From assembly GCA_045604405.1 (NCBI GenBank), contig JAZUNZ010000003.1:20574-84573 (forward strand): a stretch of 64,000 nucleotides of DNA. Direction: 5' to 3'. Each line of letters starts with the position of its first letter. Positions within the stretch are counted from its first letter, which is position 1. Source of the DNA: Clostridia bacterium. GTDB lineage: Bacteria; Bacillota; Clostridia; TANB77; CAG-465. The notes below the pieces were generated by a model. It was not told the origin of the DNA, made no database searches, and saw only the letters and a list, made by a program, of their open reading frames with translations. Positions 19,161-28,966 of the stretch are shown one piece after another. The position numbers and the translations under genes were made by a program.

Positions 19161-20009
19161 TTAATCTAAGGAATTGGCATAATCTTTCATAATCTTACTA
19201 TCTATTGACTGAGTTCCGGCAGATTCACATATTATAGTCGGTTCAAGTTTTAATTTCTTTATAGCCTTTATAACTTCTTTATAATCTGGTCCAAAGCCTT
19301 CATCTGCAAAAGTTACATGACACTTTTCCCCACCATTAACAGTATACTCCATCTTGCTAAAGTGACTATGGAAATGTTTCATTCTATCATATCCAAGTTC
19401 ATCTATGTACATTTGTAGTTCTTTTTCAAAGTCCTCGCATGTCTTAAGCGCTCCAATGTGTCTACAATACAAATGTCCAAAGTCTATTGTAGGAACTAAT
19501 CTCTCGTCAACTTTACACATTTTTATAATTTCCTTGCTGTCTCCCAATTGGTTGATTTTACCCATAGTTTCTGGACAAATAGTAATATCTCCCAAGCCCA
19601 ATTTATCTGCTTCATCTAACGCCCTTTTTAACAAAGAACATGCACTGTCCACAGCGTATTCCCTTTCTAGTCCCAAAAGCGCTCCTGCGTGTACAACAAC
19701 TCTATTTGCTCCCATTTTTTTTGCAGCTGCCATAGAATCTGTAATATATTTTATAGTAGATATTTTCTTTTCTTCTTCTTGAGTGGACAAAGAAATGTAG
19801 TATGGACTATGCACGCTTAGAAAAATATTGTATTTCTCCGCAGCCTCTTTTATTTTTCTTGCTTTTTCATCCGAAACTTTAACGCCTCTTGAGCATTGAT
19901 ATTCATAGGCATCAAGGCCTATCTCACTCAAATACTTTGGCATATCTTCAGAATTTTTATATCCCGCGTTGTAAAACGCTTCATCGTTTCCTGCTGGTCC
20001 AAATTTCAT
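19161..20009 (-). CDS. TIM-barrel protein, AP endonuclease 2 / xylose isomerase-like family
   Basis: MKFGPAGN...YEYQCSRGV...SVHSPYYISL...VVHAG...IDFGHL is the endonuclease-IV-like metal ligand pattern. Confidence 0.75.
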   Translation of the reverse strand: MKFGPAGNDEAFYNAGYKNSEDMPKYLSEIGLDAYEYQCSRGVKVSDEKARKIKEAAEKYNIFLSVHSPYYISLSTQEEEKKISTIKYITDSMAAAKKMGANRVVVHAGALLGLEREYAVDSACSLLKRALDEADKLGLGDITICPETMGKINQLGDSKEIIKMCKVDERLVPTIDFGHLYCRHIGALKTCEDFEKELQMYIDELGYDRMKHFHSHFSKMEYTVNGGEKCHVTFADEGFGPDYKEVIKAIKKLKLEPTIICESAGTQSIDSKIMKDYANSLD

Positions 20010-20017
20010 AATTTACC

Positions 20018-20794
20018 TCACTTAATCATTTTAAACATCAAATCCGTCATTGCATTTGCAAGCCAAGTACACAAATTAAAGTACACATCTAAAAATGGTT
20101 TTGTTCCAAAAAATATAACTAAAATTGTTGCAATTACAATGTATGGTCCAAACGCCATATATTGTGATTTTTCTGTTTTATTTGTAGCTATTAATATTAT
20201 AGCTACAATTGCTGCTAGGAAAAATGCTATAACAGTAATTGTAAGTATAACCTCTGCTTGTGAAAAAAAGTCCATTATACTTGCCGGCATTGCTTTTATT
20301 CCAAATAGCAAGCCAAGCACAGCCATAAGTTTAATGTCCCCCATTCCCATTCCTTCTTTTCTAAATACAATCTTAGAAAAGAGAGCAATAAGACCAAATA
20401 TTGAAGCTCCTGTTAACATTCCTATTATGTGATTTAACCAATTTGTATAATCTACTGCTGTTACTATAATACCTAGTATAAGAACTACCACCTGTACAGT
20501 GTCCGGTATAAGTTGCATTTTAAAGTCTATTATAAGTGCAACTATAAGCATAGCTATTAGTATCATATATATATATATCATGTATGTTGATTGTACAAAA
20601 AATGTTAATAGGTTAAATAAAACAAGCAAAATCCCGCTATATACTATATCTATTTTAAACCCTGTTTTTAATGTCGGTATTAACTTTTTTATAGCATTAT
20701 TATCTTCAATTATTTCTGGTAGTCTTCTTATTAAGTGTGAAACTATTTGCCCCATTATAACCGCCACAATACTTGCAATTATATAATTAATCAT
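20018..20794 (-). CDS. A24 family prepilin peptidase
   Basis: Polytopic, with GMGDIKLMAVLG (second catalytic Asp motif) and IPD upstream. Confidence 0.8.
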   Translation of the reverse strand: MINYIIASIVAVIMGQIVSHLIRRLPEIIEDNNAIKKLIPTLKTGFKIDIVYSGILLVLFNLLTFFVQSTYMIYIYMILIAMLIVALIIDFKMQLIPDTVQVVVLILGIIVTAVDYTNWLNHIIGMLTGASIFGLIALFSKIVFRKEGMGMGDIKLMAVLGLLFGIKAMPASIMDFFSQAEVILTITVIAFFLAAIVAIILIATNKTEKSQYMAFGPYIVIATILVIFFGTKPFLDVYFNLCTWLANAMTDLMFKMIK

Positions 20795-21353
20795 CCTTTT
20801 CCTCTTTTTCTTTTCTTAATTTATTCAATATTATTTTTTCTATTGGTCTCTTTATTAATGTAAAAGGACCTTCTTTTTTGCTTATTGGACCAACTAGTAT
20901 GGATTTTATTCCAAATCTATTTGCACCCCATATATCTGTAAATATTTGATCCCCTACCATTATTACTTCTTCCTTTTTTAATTCTAGCAAGTTAAGAGCC
21001 ATTTCGAAGCCTTTTGTACTTGGTTTTTTAGCAAAACACAATCCCATTATTCCTAAGTCATTCATTATTCTTCTTACTTTTTTAACATTTACAGTATTGC
21101 TTAAGATACAAATTTTGTATCCCAAACTTTTAGCCTCTTCAATCCATTTATAACACTCTTCTGTAATACCCTTGCCCATTGTCGCAATGGTATTATCTAC
21201 ATCAAATATTAGGCCTTTTATATTATCTCTTTCAAGCAGTACAAAAGGAATTTTTTCTACACTTTTTATTATATAAGTTGGTTTAAACTTTTCCACGCTT
21301 AACCTCCCTTTTATCTTACCAAGTATATTATCATTTAAAGTCACATTTTTCAA
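20787..21353 (-). CDS. yqeG: YqeG-family HAD-IIIA phosphatase
   Basis: GLIFDVDNT...LSNT...VGDQIFTDIWGANRFG. Confidence 0.8.
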   Translation of the reverse strand: MKNVTLNDNILGKIKGRLSVEKFKPTYIIKSVEKIPFVLLERDNIKGLIFDVDNTIATMGKGITEECYKWIEEAKSLGYKICILSNTVNVKKVRRIMNDLGIMGLCFAKKPSTKGFEMALNLLELKKEEVIMVGDQIFTDIWGANRFGIKSILVGPISKKEGPFTLIKRPIEKIILNKLRKEKEEKDD

Positions 21354-21435
21354 TTATATCATTGAAAAAAATATAATTTATGATATACTTTTATATAAAT
21401 TGTACCAAAGATAGTACAAGAAAGGAGTGATAAAT

Positions 21436-22668
21436 TTGGATACAGTTTACGAAGAACTTAAGTCTCGTGACCTTATAAAGCAAATAGCTTTTGAAGATGA
21501 ATTTGAAAAATTAGCAAAGGAGGAAAAGTTTTCAGTATATCTAGGTATAGATCCTACTGCCGATAGTATTCATATTGGTCACTTTATTCCTTTAATGCTT
21601 ATGTCATATTTTCAAAAACATGGTCATAGGCCAATACTTTTAATGGGTGGCGGAACAGCTTTAATAGGAGACCCTTCTGGAAAATCTGATATGAGAAAAA
21701 TGCTAACTCGTGAGGATATTAATAACAACGTAGAAAAAATAAAAAAACAAGTTAGCAAATTCGTTTCATTTGAAGGAGAAAATGCAGCAATAATAGTTAA
21801 TAATGCTGATTGGATATTAAATCTAAACTATATGGAGTTTATACGCACATATGGTATATACTTTAACGTAAACCAAATGCTTGATGCTGAATGCTTCAAA
21901 ATGAGAATGGAAAAGGGGCTTACATTCTTTGAGCTTAACTATATGTTAATGCAAAGTTACGACTTTTTAAAATTATTTGAGACACAGAATTGTAGAGTAC
22001 AAATTGGCGGTGATGACCAATGGTCAAATATGTTAGCCGGTGTATCTTTAATTAGAAAGATACATAAAAGCGGTAGCTTTTGCTTAACTTGTCCTTTGCT
22101 TCTAAATTCTGATGGGACAAAAATGGGTAAGACAGTTAAAGGTGCTTTATGGTTAGATCCCCAAAAAACAACTCCATACGAATTTTATCAATACTGGAGA
22201 AATATTGGAGACAAAGAAGTAAATCAAGTATTAAGAATGCTTACATATCTTCCAATGGAAGAAGTAAATAGACTTTCAAATCTTGAAGGCGAAAATATAA
22301 ACGAAGCCAAAAAGATTGCTGCATATGAAATAACAAAATTAGTTCATGGCAAGCAAGCCGCAAACGAAGCTAAGAAAACATCTGAAGAATTATTTGAAAA
22401 TAAAAATAATGCTGAAAATATGCCACAAATTGCATTAAGCAAAGATAATTTTACAGATAATATAATATCATTGCTTGATGTAATGGTTACAGCAGGAGTA
22501 GCTAAATCTAAAGGCGAAGCTAAAACTTTAATTTCTCAAGGCGGTATTTCACTTGATGATGAAAAAGTGATTGATGTTTTCCACAAAATCCACACAAGCG
22601 ATTTTGAAAAAGGTCATATAGTACTTAAAAAAGGAAAGAAAATATTTATAAAATTAATTATAAAATAG
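21436..22668 (+). CDS. tyrS: tyrosine--tRNA ligase
   Basis: HIGH motif (DSIHIGH), KMGKT (KMSKS-type), C-terminal S4 domain. Start moved to the TTG at 21436, 8 nt after AAAGGAG. Confidence 0.95.
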   Translation: MDTVYEELKSRDLIKQIAFEDEFEKLAKEEKFSVYLGIDPTADSIHIGHFIPLMLMSYFQKHGHRPILLMGGGTALIGDPSGKSDMRKMLTREDINNNVEKIKKQVSKFVSFEGENAAIIVNNADWILNLNYMEFIRTYGIYFNVNQMLDAECFKMRMEKGLTFFELNYMLMQSYDFLKLFETQNCRVQIGGDDQWSNMLAGVSLIRKIHKSGSFCLTCPLLLNSDGTKMGKTVKGALWLDPQKTTPYEFYQYWRNIGDKEVNQVLRMLTYLPMEEVNRLSNLEGENINEAKKIAAYEITKLVHGKQAANEAKKTSEELFENKNNAENMPQIALSKDNFTDNIISLLDVMVTAGVAKSKGEAKTLISQGGISLDDEKVIDVFHKIHTSDFEKGHIVLKKGKKIFIKLIIK

Positions 22669-22678
22669 TATTAAATAT

Positions 22679-22703
22679 AAACAGCCACAATTTGTGGCTG
22701 TTT
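22679..22703. terminator. bidirectional hairpin terminator (AAACAGCCAC/GTGGCTGTTT)
   Basis: 10-bp stem between convergent tyrS and the 88-aa ORF. Confidence 0.65.
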
Positions 22704-22707
22704 ATAT

Positions 22708-22974
22708 TTAAATATCGTTTTGCATTGCTTCAATAATTTTTTCAGCATACAATTCACACTGAAGTTGGATTTGATCTACATATTCATCGAGCATCCTATG
22801 ACCTTGCATAAATATTTTCATATCATGGCAAGGATCTGCGTTAATGACTACGGTGCCAACAGGCAATGCCGCTGATGCGTCTGCATCTATCTTCATAATT
22901 TCAAACAGCAATACATTTGTAGAGATCTGGCCCTTAAATATTGGTGTGAATACTTCCATAACAAATTCCTCCAA
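22708..22974 (-). CDS. hypothetical protein (88 aa)
   Basis: ORF only; SD-like GGAGGAAT upstream. Confidence 0.45.
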   Translation of the reverse strand: MEEFVMEVFTPIFKGQISTNVLLFEIMKIDADASAALPVGTVVINADPCHDMKIFMQGHRMLDEYVDQIQLQCELYAEKIIEAMQNDI

Positions 22975-23100
22975 AAATTATTTTAGATTTATTTTACTTA
23001 CTATAACAAGTATTAATTTTATTATGCATGTATTATACCATAGGAGTAGCCTATTTTCAATCCGTATTATTCTTTCTAATATTTATTGTTAATATTATAC

Positions 23101-23547
23101 TTATTTATGAAATATTGCCGTTATTTTATTTATTAGTTTTATTAGAAAACTTTCTTTTTTAACTTCCTTAGGTAGATTTTGTTCCATTACAGTTTTGCTA
23201 GAATTATCTACTGTTTCTGTATTAAATTGCATAGATACTCTATCTTTGTATAATAGTTCATCCATTAATGAAAGATTTTTATCAAATTCTATTCTTTCTT
23301 CGTCTGTACATAAGTATTTCCTATATATAACCGCAAGTAATGCTATGGTTTCTTGCCTCAATTGAAGAGTAGATATATCATCATGAAAACCCTCAAACTT
23401 TTCTTCAACCCCCTCTAATTCAGATGCATTTTCCTTTATATTCTTTATTACCTCTAGCGGGATTTTTGAAATTACTTGTTTATCGCAATGTTTTAATACA
23501 CATAGCACTTCTGCCATGGCTTCCTTATACTTAGCACTAACCATCAT
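23101..23547 (-). CDS. hypothetical protein (148 aa)
   Basis: Overlaps the upstream 444-aa ORF by 11 nt (translational coupling). No domain recognised. Confidence 0.5.
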   Translation of the reverse strand: MMVSAKYKEAMAEVLCVLKHCDKQVISKIPLEVIKNIKENASELEGVEEKFEGFHDDISTLQLRQETIALLAVIYRKYLCTDEERIEFDKNLSLMDELLYKDRVSMQFNTETVDNSSKTVMEQNLPKEVKKESFLIKLINKITAIFHK

Positions 23548-24871
23548 ATTCTCCTTTTGTTCCCTTATCTATATTCTTTTTCCTTTGATCTATTTCATCT
23601 AAAACAGCATTAGCTTCTCGTACTTCCTCACATAAAGCTCTTTGTGCTAAAGATCCTATATCTGATGTTGTCAATTCTTTTTGTCCATACAACTTGTTTA
23701 AAATACTATTGTAATACCATTTTTGTTTCTCTATCTTTTCCGAGATCTTTCCTTCAAGTACAAATTGTATTTTAGCCGAATATTCTTCAATGTCCCCGTG
23801 ATTTATTCTAACTGCATTTTCTTCTTTCAAAAATTCATCATTAGACATTTCCAAATAATATTTTGAAACCTCTCCATATCTATCTGCATCTTCCGGTATT
23901 TCAAATGATTCAAATTCTTCGTTTGTCATATACACTAGCCTTGTACTATGTGAGCCCTCTAGAGGTTCCGCAACTAAAAGGCGCCCTTGTTTTCCTTTAG
24001 GATTTTCATATATAAACGCAGTATATACATTCGGAACTATATTGCCTTCTTCATCATATCCATTTACATTTATAACATGTGTTGGTTTCATTTGTCTTAA
24101 CAAGTTTTCTCTTTGAGTAAATGGATATATAGGACTTTTTCTACTAGGTGTATTCCCCTGCGTGATATGTGCCTTAGGAGCTTTTGTTCCTTGGCGTTGA
24201 TTTATAGTTATGGCATGTATATATGATTGCTTCTGTTCCTCCGATAAATATTCATAATACTCTGTTAAGTTTTCGGCAGCTTGTACCATACTATCTTTTA
24301 TTCCATTTAATGAAAACTCATCTAAAGGAGAATCTTGTCTAGCAGCAAATATTGTTTGCAAATGTTGTCTTTCTTCTTCACTTATATCTAATGCGTCCAC
24401 TATATTCTGTATACTATTTGACTTTAATACCCCTAGAATCTTTTCACAAAATTCATCCTCACTTATTTGAAGTATCTTGCCACCCTTATATGGATTTTCA
24501 CTAATTATAGCTTTTGTCCAATTATCTAATCCATTTACAATTAATTTTAATCCTTTATCGTCTATATTAAGTGAAATATCTTTTACTTTAGTGGATACTA
24601 ATTTTTTCATCGATTCTTTTCTGTCATCATCTTTGTCTTCAAAATATTTCCCTTGTTTTTCATTTCTTCTTAAATAATTTTCAATATAACCGGGATTATT
24701 TTCTTTTAGTGTCTCAACCATTGCTCTTTGTATAATTTCTCTGTCTATTTTTTCTGTAAAAATCCATTCCATAGGAATTACTATCCCTTTTTTATCTCCT
24801 ATTAATATTTCATTATCCGCTTTTAGTTCAAAATACTGTCTAAGTACTTTTAAAAAAGTTTTTTCTTCCAT
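23537..24871 (-). CDS. hypothetical protein (444 aa), soluble, no recognisable domain
   Basis: Long ORF with SD GGAGAGAG upstream of the ATG. Confidence 0.55.
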   Translation of the reverse strand: MEEKTFLKVLRQYFELKADNEILIGDKKGIVIPMEWIFTEKIDREIIQRAMVETLKENNPGYIENYLRRNEKQGKYFEDKDDDRKESMKKLVSTKVKDISLNIDDKGLKLIVNGLDNWTKAIISENPYKGGKILQISEDEFCEKILGVLKSNSIQNIVDALDISEEERQHLQTIFAARQDSPLDEFSLNGIKDSMVQAAENLTEYYEYLSEEQKQSYIHAITINQRQGTKAPKAHITQGNTPSRKSPIYPFTQRENLLRQMKPTHVINVNGYDEEGNIVPNVYTAFIYENPKGKQGRLLVAEPLEGSHSTRLVYMTNEEFESFEIPEDADRYGEVSKYYLEMSNDEFLKEENAVRINHGDIEEYSAKIQFVLEGKISEKIEKQKWYYNSILNKLYGQKELTTSDIGSLAQRALCEEVREANAVLDEIDQRKKNIDKGTKGEYDG

Positions 24872-25022
24872 AATCTCTCTCCATTATATAATTTACAATA
24901 TTATTAAATAACTAATTTCAAAAAATGTCAACTATTTGCTTTAGAATTAAATTGTGGTTCTTTCAATTATATAGCAAAAATCACAAACAGTTTATGACAT
25001 CACCGCTTGTGATTTTTTATTT

Positions 25023-25856
25023 TTATTTCTTTCTAAACACAAATGTTACAAAGAATATTATTGCACTTATTACAACTATTGTTGGTCCTGTTGCTATTTC
25101 AAATATGAAGGATAATATTAATCCTAATATTCCACTAAATAGAGATATTAACACTGAATAAAGTGTATATTGTCTCATATTACTAGATATGTTTCTACTA
25201 GCTGCTGCAGGAAGAATTAATAGAGCGTTTATTAAAAGTATTCCTACCCATTTTATAGTAAGCATTACAATTACAGCTATAAGTATGCCAAATATATTTT
25301 CAATTAAATTTACATTTATTGATTTGCTTTTTGCAAGTGTTGGGTTAGTACTTGTAACAACTAGCATATTGCATAACTTAAACCAAATTACTATTGTTAT
25401 AACTAGTATTATTAATAGTGTCAATATTTCCTCTATTGTTACGCTAAGTATATCCCCTACTAAATACTGTGAGTATTTGTTTATACCACCATACTTAGAC
25501 ATTAGCATTAAGCCTACAGCCACTGCGCTTGATGAAAACACACTAATAATCGTATCTGTAGATGCAGTCTTTTTGTTTTTTATATAATTTAAAAGTAAAG
25601 CAAATACTATAGCAAATATTATCATGGACATTGAATAGTTGCTAACACCTATTATTGTACCTAGAGCAATTCCTGTTAATGCAGAGTGTCCTAATGCGTC
25701 TGAAAAAAATGACATTTTATTGTTTACAATCATAGTCCCTACTATACCAAATAGTGGTGCTATTATAACTAAAGCTAAAAGTGCATTCTTCATAAATTCA
25801 TATTGCATAAATGAAAATGGTAAAATAGTTTCTATTATATTATATATTATATCCAT
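25023..25856 (-). CDS. znuB: metal (Zn/Mn) ABC transporter permease
   Basis: ABC-3 family pattern (FMQYEFMKNALLA...DALGHSALTG...). The symbol is tentative. Confidence 0.8.
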   Translation of the reverse strand: MDIIYNIIETILPFSFMQYEFMKNALLALVIIAPLFGIVGTMIVNNKMSFFSDALGHSALTGIALGTIIGVSNYSMSMIIFAIVFALLLNYIKNKKTASTDTIISVFSSSAVAVGLMLMSKYGGINKYSQYLVGDILSVTIEEILTLLIILVITIVIWFKLCNMLVVTSTNPTLAKSKSINVNLIENIFGILIAVIVMLTIKWVGILLINALLILPAAASRNISSNMRQYTLYSVLISLFSGILGLILSFIFEIATGPTIVVISAIIFFVTFVFRKK

Positions 25857-25858
25857 AT

Positions 25859-26584
25859 TTACACCATCCCTACTTTAAATTCATTAGAAAACTCTGGTGA
25901 CGAAAGGACTTCATCTGGCGTTCCTACTTTTAATATTTTTCTATTTAAAAGCACTACTTTATCTGCATAGTCTTTTATATATTCAAAATCATGAGATACA
26001 ATAAATATTGCTATATCATGTTTTTCTTTTAGTTTCTTTATTAGTTTATAAAACTCCCTCTTACCTTTAGCATCTATACCACTTACTGGCTCATCCATAA
26101 TTAGAAGTTCTGGATATGGCATGGTCGCCATAGCAATTAAAACCCTTTGAAGCTCCCCACCAGATAAGTCACATATTCTTTTATCTATAAGTTTATCTGC
26201 ACCAAATTCCTTTAAGTGGTTCCCAATTTCCTCATACTTTTTCTTAGACTTTCTAAAAAATACTGACGGCCCACTTGTTGCGCTACAAAGTAAATCATAT
26301 ACACTCATAGGTGATGATTCTACTTCTAGCTTTTGTGGTACGTAGCCTATAGTAAGCTTGGTACTATCTGTATGTTTACTAGAGAAAGTAACATTTCCTG
26401 TATAATTTTTCTCTCCCAACATCGCCTTAATTAGAGTAGACTTTCCAGCTCCATTTTTACCAACCAACATTGTAATTTCGTTACAATGCAAATGAAGCGA
26501 TATGTTTTCTAATATTTTATTGCTATCTATTTTTACTGTAAGCTTGTCTATCTTTGTACAGCAATGATTACAATTACCTTTCAT
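25859..26584 (-). CDS. znuC: metal ABC transporter ATP-binding protein
   Basis: Walker A GKNGAGKST, signature LSGGELQR, Walker B LLIMDEP. Confidence 0.85.
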   Translation of the reverse strand: MKGNCNHCCTKIDKLTVKIDSNKILENISLHLHCNEITMLVGKNGAGKSTLIKAMLGEKNYTGNVTFSSKHTDSTKLTIGYVPQKLEVESSPMSVYDLLCSATSGPSVFFRKSKKKYEEIGNHLKEFGADKLIDKRICDLSGGELQRVLIAMATMPYPELLIMDEPVSGIDAKGKREFYKLIKKLKEKHDIAIFIVSHDFEYIKDYADKVVLLNRKILKVGTPDEVLSSPEFSNEFKVGMV

Positions 26585-26595
26585 TTTATTCCTTT

Positions 26596-27525
26596 CTATC
26601 TTAATGCCTCTTTAAGCACGTTTAGATTTTCTCTCATTATATTTATATATTCATCCCTATTATTCTTACCAGACGTCACGGGATTTAACATATATACCTT
26701 TGCCCCTGTTTCTTTAGCAATCATATCTACAAGCTTTAAACTATATTCTGGTTCAACAAATATTGCTTTTACGTTGTTTCTCTTTATGCTCTCAATAATA
26801 TCTGCTATTTCTCCAGCACTTGGAATTTTACCATGTTCATTTTCTACTACAGCAATTACATTTAATCCATAGTCACCTGCAAAATAGTCAAAGGTGTTGT
26901 GGAATGTTACAATGTTTTTGCTATTTAATGTGGCTATAACACTCGTTATATCTTGTTCTAATTTGTTTAGTTTCGCTATATATACTTCTGTATTTGACTC
27001 ATACTTTTCTTTGTTTGCACTATCTAGTTTAACAAGCTCATCACAAATATTTTGTACTTGTTTTATATATTTTTTTATACTTACGAAAATATGTGGATTT
27101 GTTTCGTGAGAATGTTCTTCCTGTTCTTCATGATAACCATGTTTTTCCTCACATTCTTCATGTATAATTTCAATTCCATTTGATGCATCAATTATATCTA
27201 ACGATTCAAAATTTGATATAACCTTATCCATAAAGCCTTCCATGCCAGCTCCATTTATAACAAGCGTATCTGCCTTGGCTAAAGTTACAAGCTCAGATGT
27301 AGTTAAAATATAATCATGAATGCAGCCTGTAGTCTCTTGTGTTAAATTAGTAACTACTACATCTTCTATTCCGTCTGTTACGTTAAGTGTTGCAATGTAC
27401 ATTGGATAAAAAGATGTTACAATATTAAACTTAGATTCTTCCCTCTCATTTACATTTACTGCAAGTATAATTGTTACAATTATTACTACAACCAATACAC
27501 ATATTGTTATTATCTTACTTTTCAT
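26596..27525 (-). CDS. znuA: metal ABC transporter substrate-binding protein with a His/Glu-rich loop (zinc type)
   Basis: ZnuA/TroA fold pattern plus the loop HEECEEKHGYHEEQEEHSHETNPH. Start moved to the ATG at 27525 (MKSKIITICVLVV, SD GGAGAT). Confidence 0.8.
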   Translation of the reverse strand: MKSKIITICVLVVVIIVTIILAVNVNEREESKFNIVTSFYPMYIATLNVTDGIEDVVVTNLTQETTGCIHDYILTTSELVTLAKADTLVINGAGMEGFMDKVISNFESLDIIDASNGIEIIHEECEEKHGYHEEQEEHSHETNPHIFVSIKKYIKQVQNICDELVKLDSANKEKYESNTEVYIAKLNKLEQDITSVIATLNSKNIVTFHNTFDYFAGDYGLNVIAVVENEHGKIPSAGEIADIIESIKRNNVKAIFVEPEYSLKLVDMIAKETGAKVYMLNPVTSGKNNRDEYINIMRENLNVLKEALR

Positions 27526-27543
27526 TTTCAATCTCCATATAGT

Positions 27544-27598
27544 ATTATACAACATTTGCCATATTTTGTACAGTTTTTGACAGCACAGTTTACAAAAT
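27544..27598 (-). promoter_or_regulatory. putative znuA promoter (TGTACA - 17 - TATAAT) overlapped by the inverted repeat ATTTTGTA ... TACAAAAT
   Basis: -10 at 27544-27549, -35 at 27567-27572. 8-bp arms at 27563-27570 and 27591-27598. Also a direct repeat ACAGTTT at 27570-27576 and 27585-27591. Confidence 0.35.
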
Positions 27599-27663
27599 TC
27601 GACAAAAATAACTGCTAGAATTTAGTCTAACAGTTATTTTTATTATTCTTATTCATTTTTAGA

Positions 27664-28776
27664 TTATAATAATCCTCTAGCTTTTGCCACTACATAAGTT
27701 ATAAGAGGTACAGCCAATCCAAATATTAAGTTTATATTAGCCATAAATTTTGTAAATAACATTTGTAAGGCAAAAAAGTTATTTGCAATTAACATAGCAA
27801 ATATGAAAATTATAAACACAAGTGGTGTTACTGCAATTCTTCTTTTTGTGAGCTTAAATCTTTGTTTACATATATTGCTTGCTACTATTATATTATATGT
27901 AATTAATATAAAGTCTGCAACCACCCAAAACGTAACAAATATAGATTCTATTCTTTCAATTACTCCAAATACACTTATAACTTTTAATGCCATAAAGAAA
28001 GGTTGAGCAAGCGTTGGCAGCAAGTCTTTTCCAAATGTACCTAATGTTACAAATACTCCTATTAGCCCTATTATTGCTATAACGACAGATGCTATTATTC
28101 CATATTTTTTAATATTTTTCCTGTCTTCGATTTTTTCTGTAAAAAACATTCCTATTGTTAATGTTCCAAAAATACTTGTTCCCCTAAGAATAGCTCGCGG
28201 AATACCCATTATCTCTTGTTTATTTACTGGCCAAACGTTTTTTATTTCAAAATTAGAAGCTGATGCTATTACAACAAAAACTATAATTATTAAAAACAAC
28301 TCAAAAAATATTTCCGCGAATCTACCAAAATTAGATATTCTGCCTCTTGCAACAAAAAATGTTAGTATTAACATTGTAGTCAAAAGAAATATAATTGGTG
28401 TGTATATGTATGTAGTAGAAATTAATCTTTCACCAAAAAATCTTAATTGTGCAGCTACAAATATTAAAATCCATAATAGATATGCAAAAGAGAGAATTTT
28501 TCCCATTACTTTCCCGTATACCGTATCAAAAACATTATTTAGGTTTTTTGGTTTTCCCTCTTTACTTTTTATCTTATTAATTAATTCGTGCAATACGCAC
28601 ACAAGAAGTATCGCAGGAATAATCGTAAGGAGTGCTCCAATCCATGCTCCTCTACCGGCAGTATCTGTCAAGCTAATAGGGAAATATCTAACTATTGGAA
28701 CAATCGATACCAGTATGCATATTATTGCTAGTTGATACATTGACACTTTATCGTCCCTCATATTAAATTCCTCCAA
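27664..28776 (-). CDS. spore germination protein, GerAB/GerKB-type permease
   Basis: 10-TM APC-like protein with the typical MYQLAIICILVSIVPIVRYFP start, in the ger operon. Confidence 0.85.
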   Translation of the reverse strand: MEEFNMRDDKVSMYQLAIICILVSIVPIVRYFPISLTDTAGRGAWIGALLTIIPAILLVCVLHELINKIKSKEGKPKNLNNVFDTVYGKVMGKILSFAYLLWILIFVAAQLRFFGERLISTTYIYTPIIFLLTTMLILTFFVARGRISNFGRFAEIFFELFLIIIVFVVIASASNFEIKNVWPVNKQEIMGIPRAILRGTSIFGTLTIGMFFTEKIEDRKNIKKYGIIASVVIAIIGLIGVFVTLGTFGKDLLPTLAQPFFMALKVISVFGVIERIESIFVTFWVVADFILITYNIIVASNICKQRFKLTKRRIAVTPLVFIIFIFAMLIANNFFALQMLFTKFMANINLIFGLAVPLITYVVAKARGLL

Positions 28777-28966
28777 ATCTAAACATTTTCACAAATATTT
28801 CCGCAACACCTTCTCTGTTTGGATTTAAAAAAAAGAAAACACCAAGCGCAGCACATACAGTCATTGCTATAATGTAAAATACAATATCTGATTTTTTACT
28901 ACTTGTCTTTAAATCTTTAAAATCTATAAGTATTCCCGTAGTTAGTAAAATTAAATAATATATCAC
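28763..28966 (-). CDS. small 2-TM membrane protein inside the ger operon (67 aa)
   Basis: Overlaps both neighbours; two hydrophobic helices. Confidence 0.4.
   Translation of the reverse strand: MIYYLILLTTGILIDFKDLKTSSKKSDIVFYIIAMTVCAALGVFFFLNPNREGVAEIFVKMFRFGGI

Noticed and set aside
21354-21435. T-box leader upstream of tyrS
   Set aside because: The intergenic region is only about 80 nt and lacks the specifier-loop and T-box (AAUUAGGGUGGUACCGCG-type) sequence. It is too short for a T-box riboswitch.
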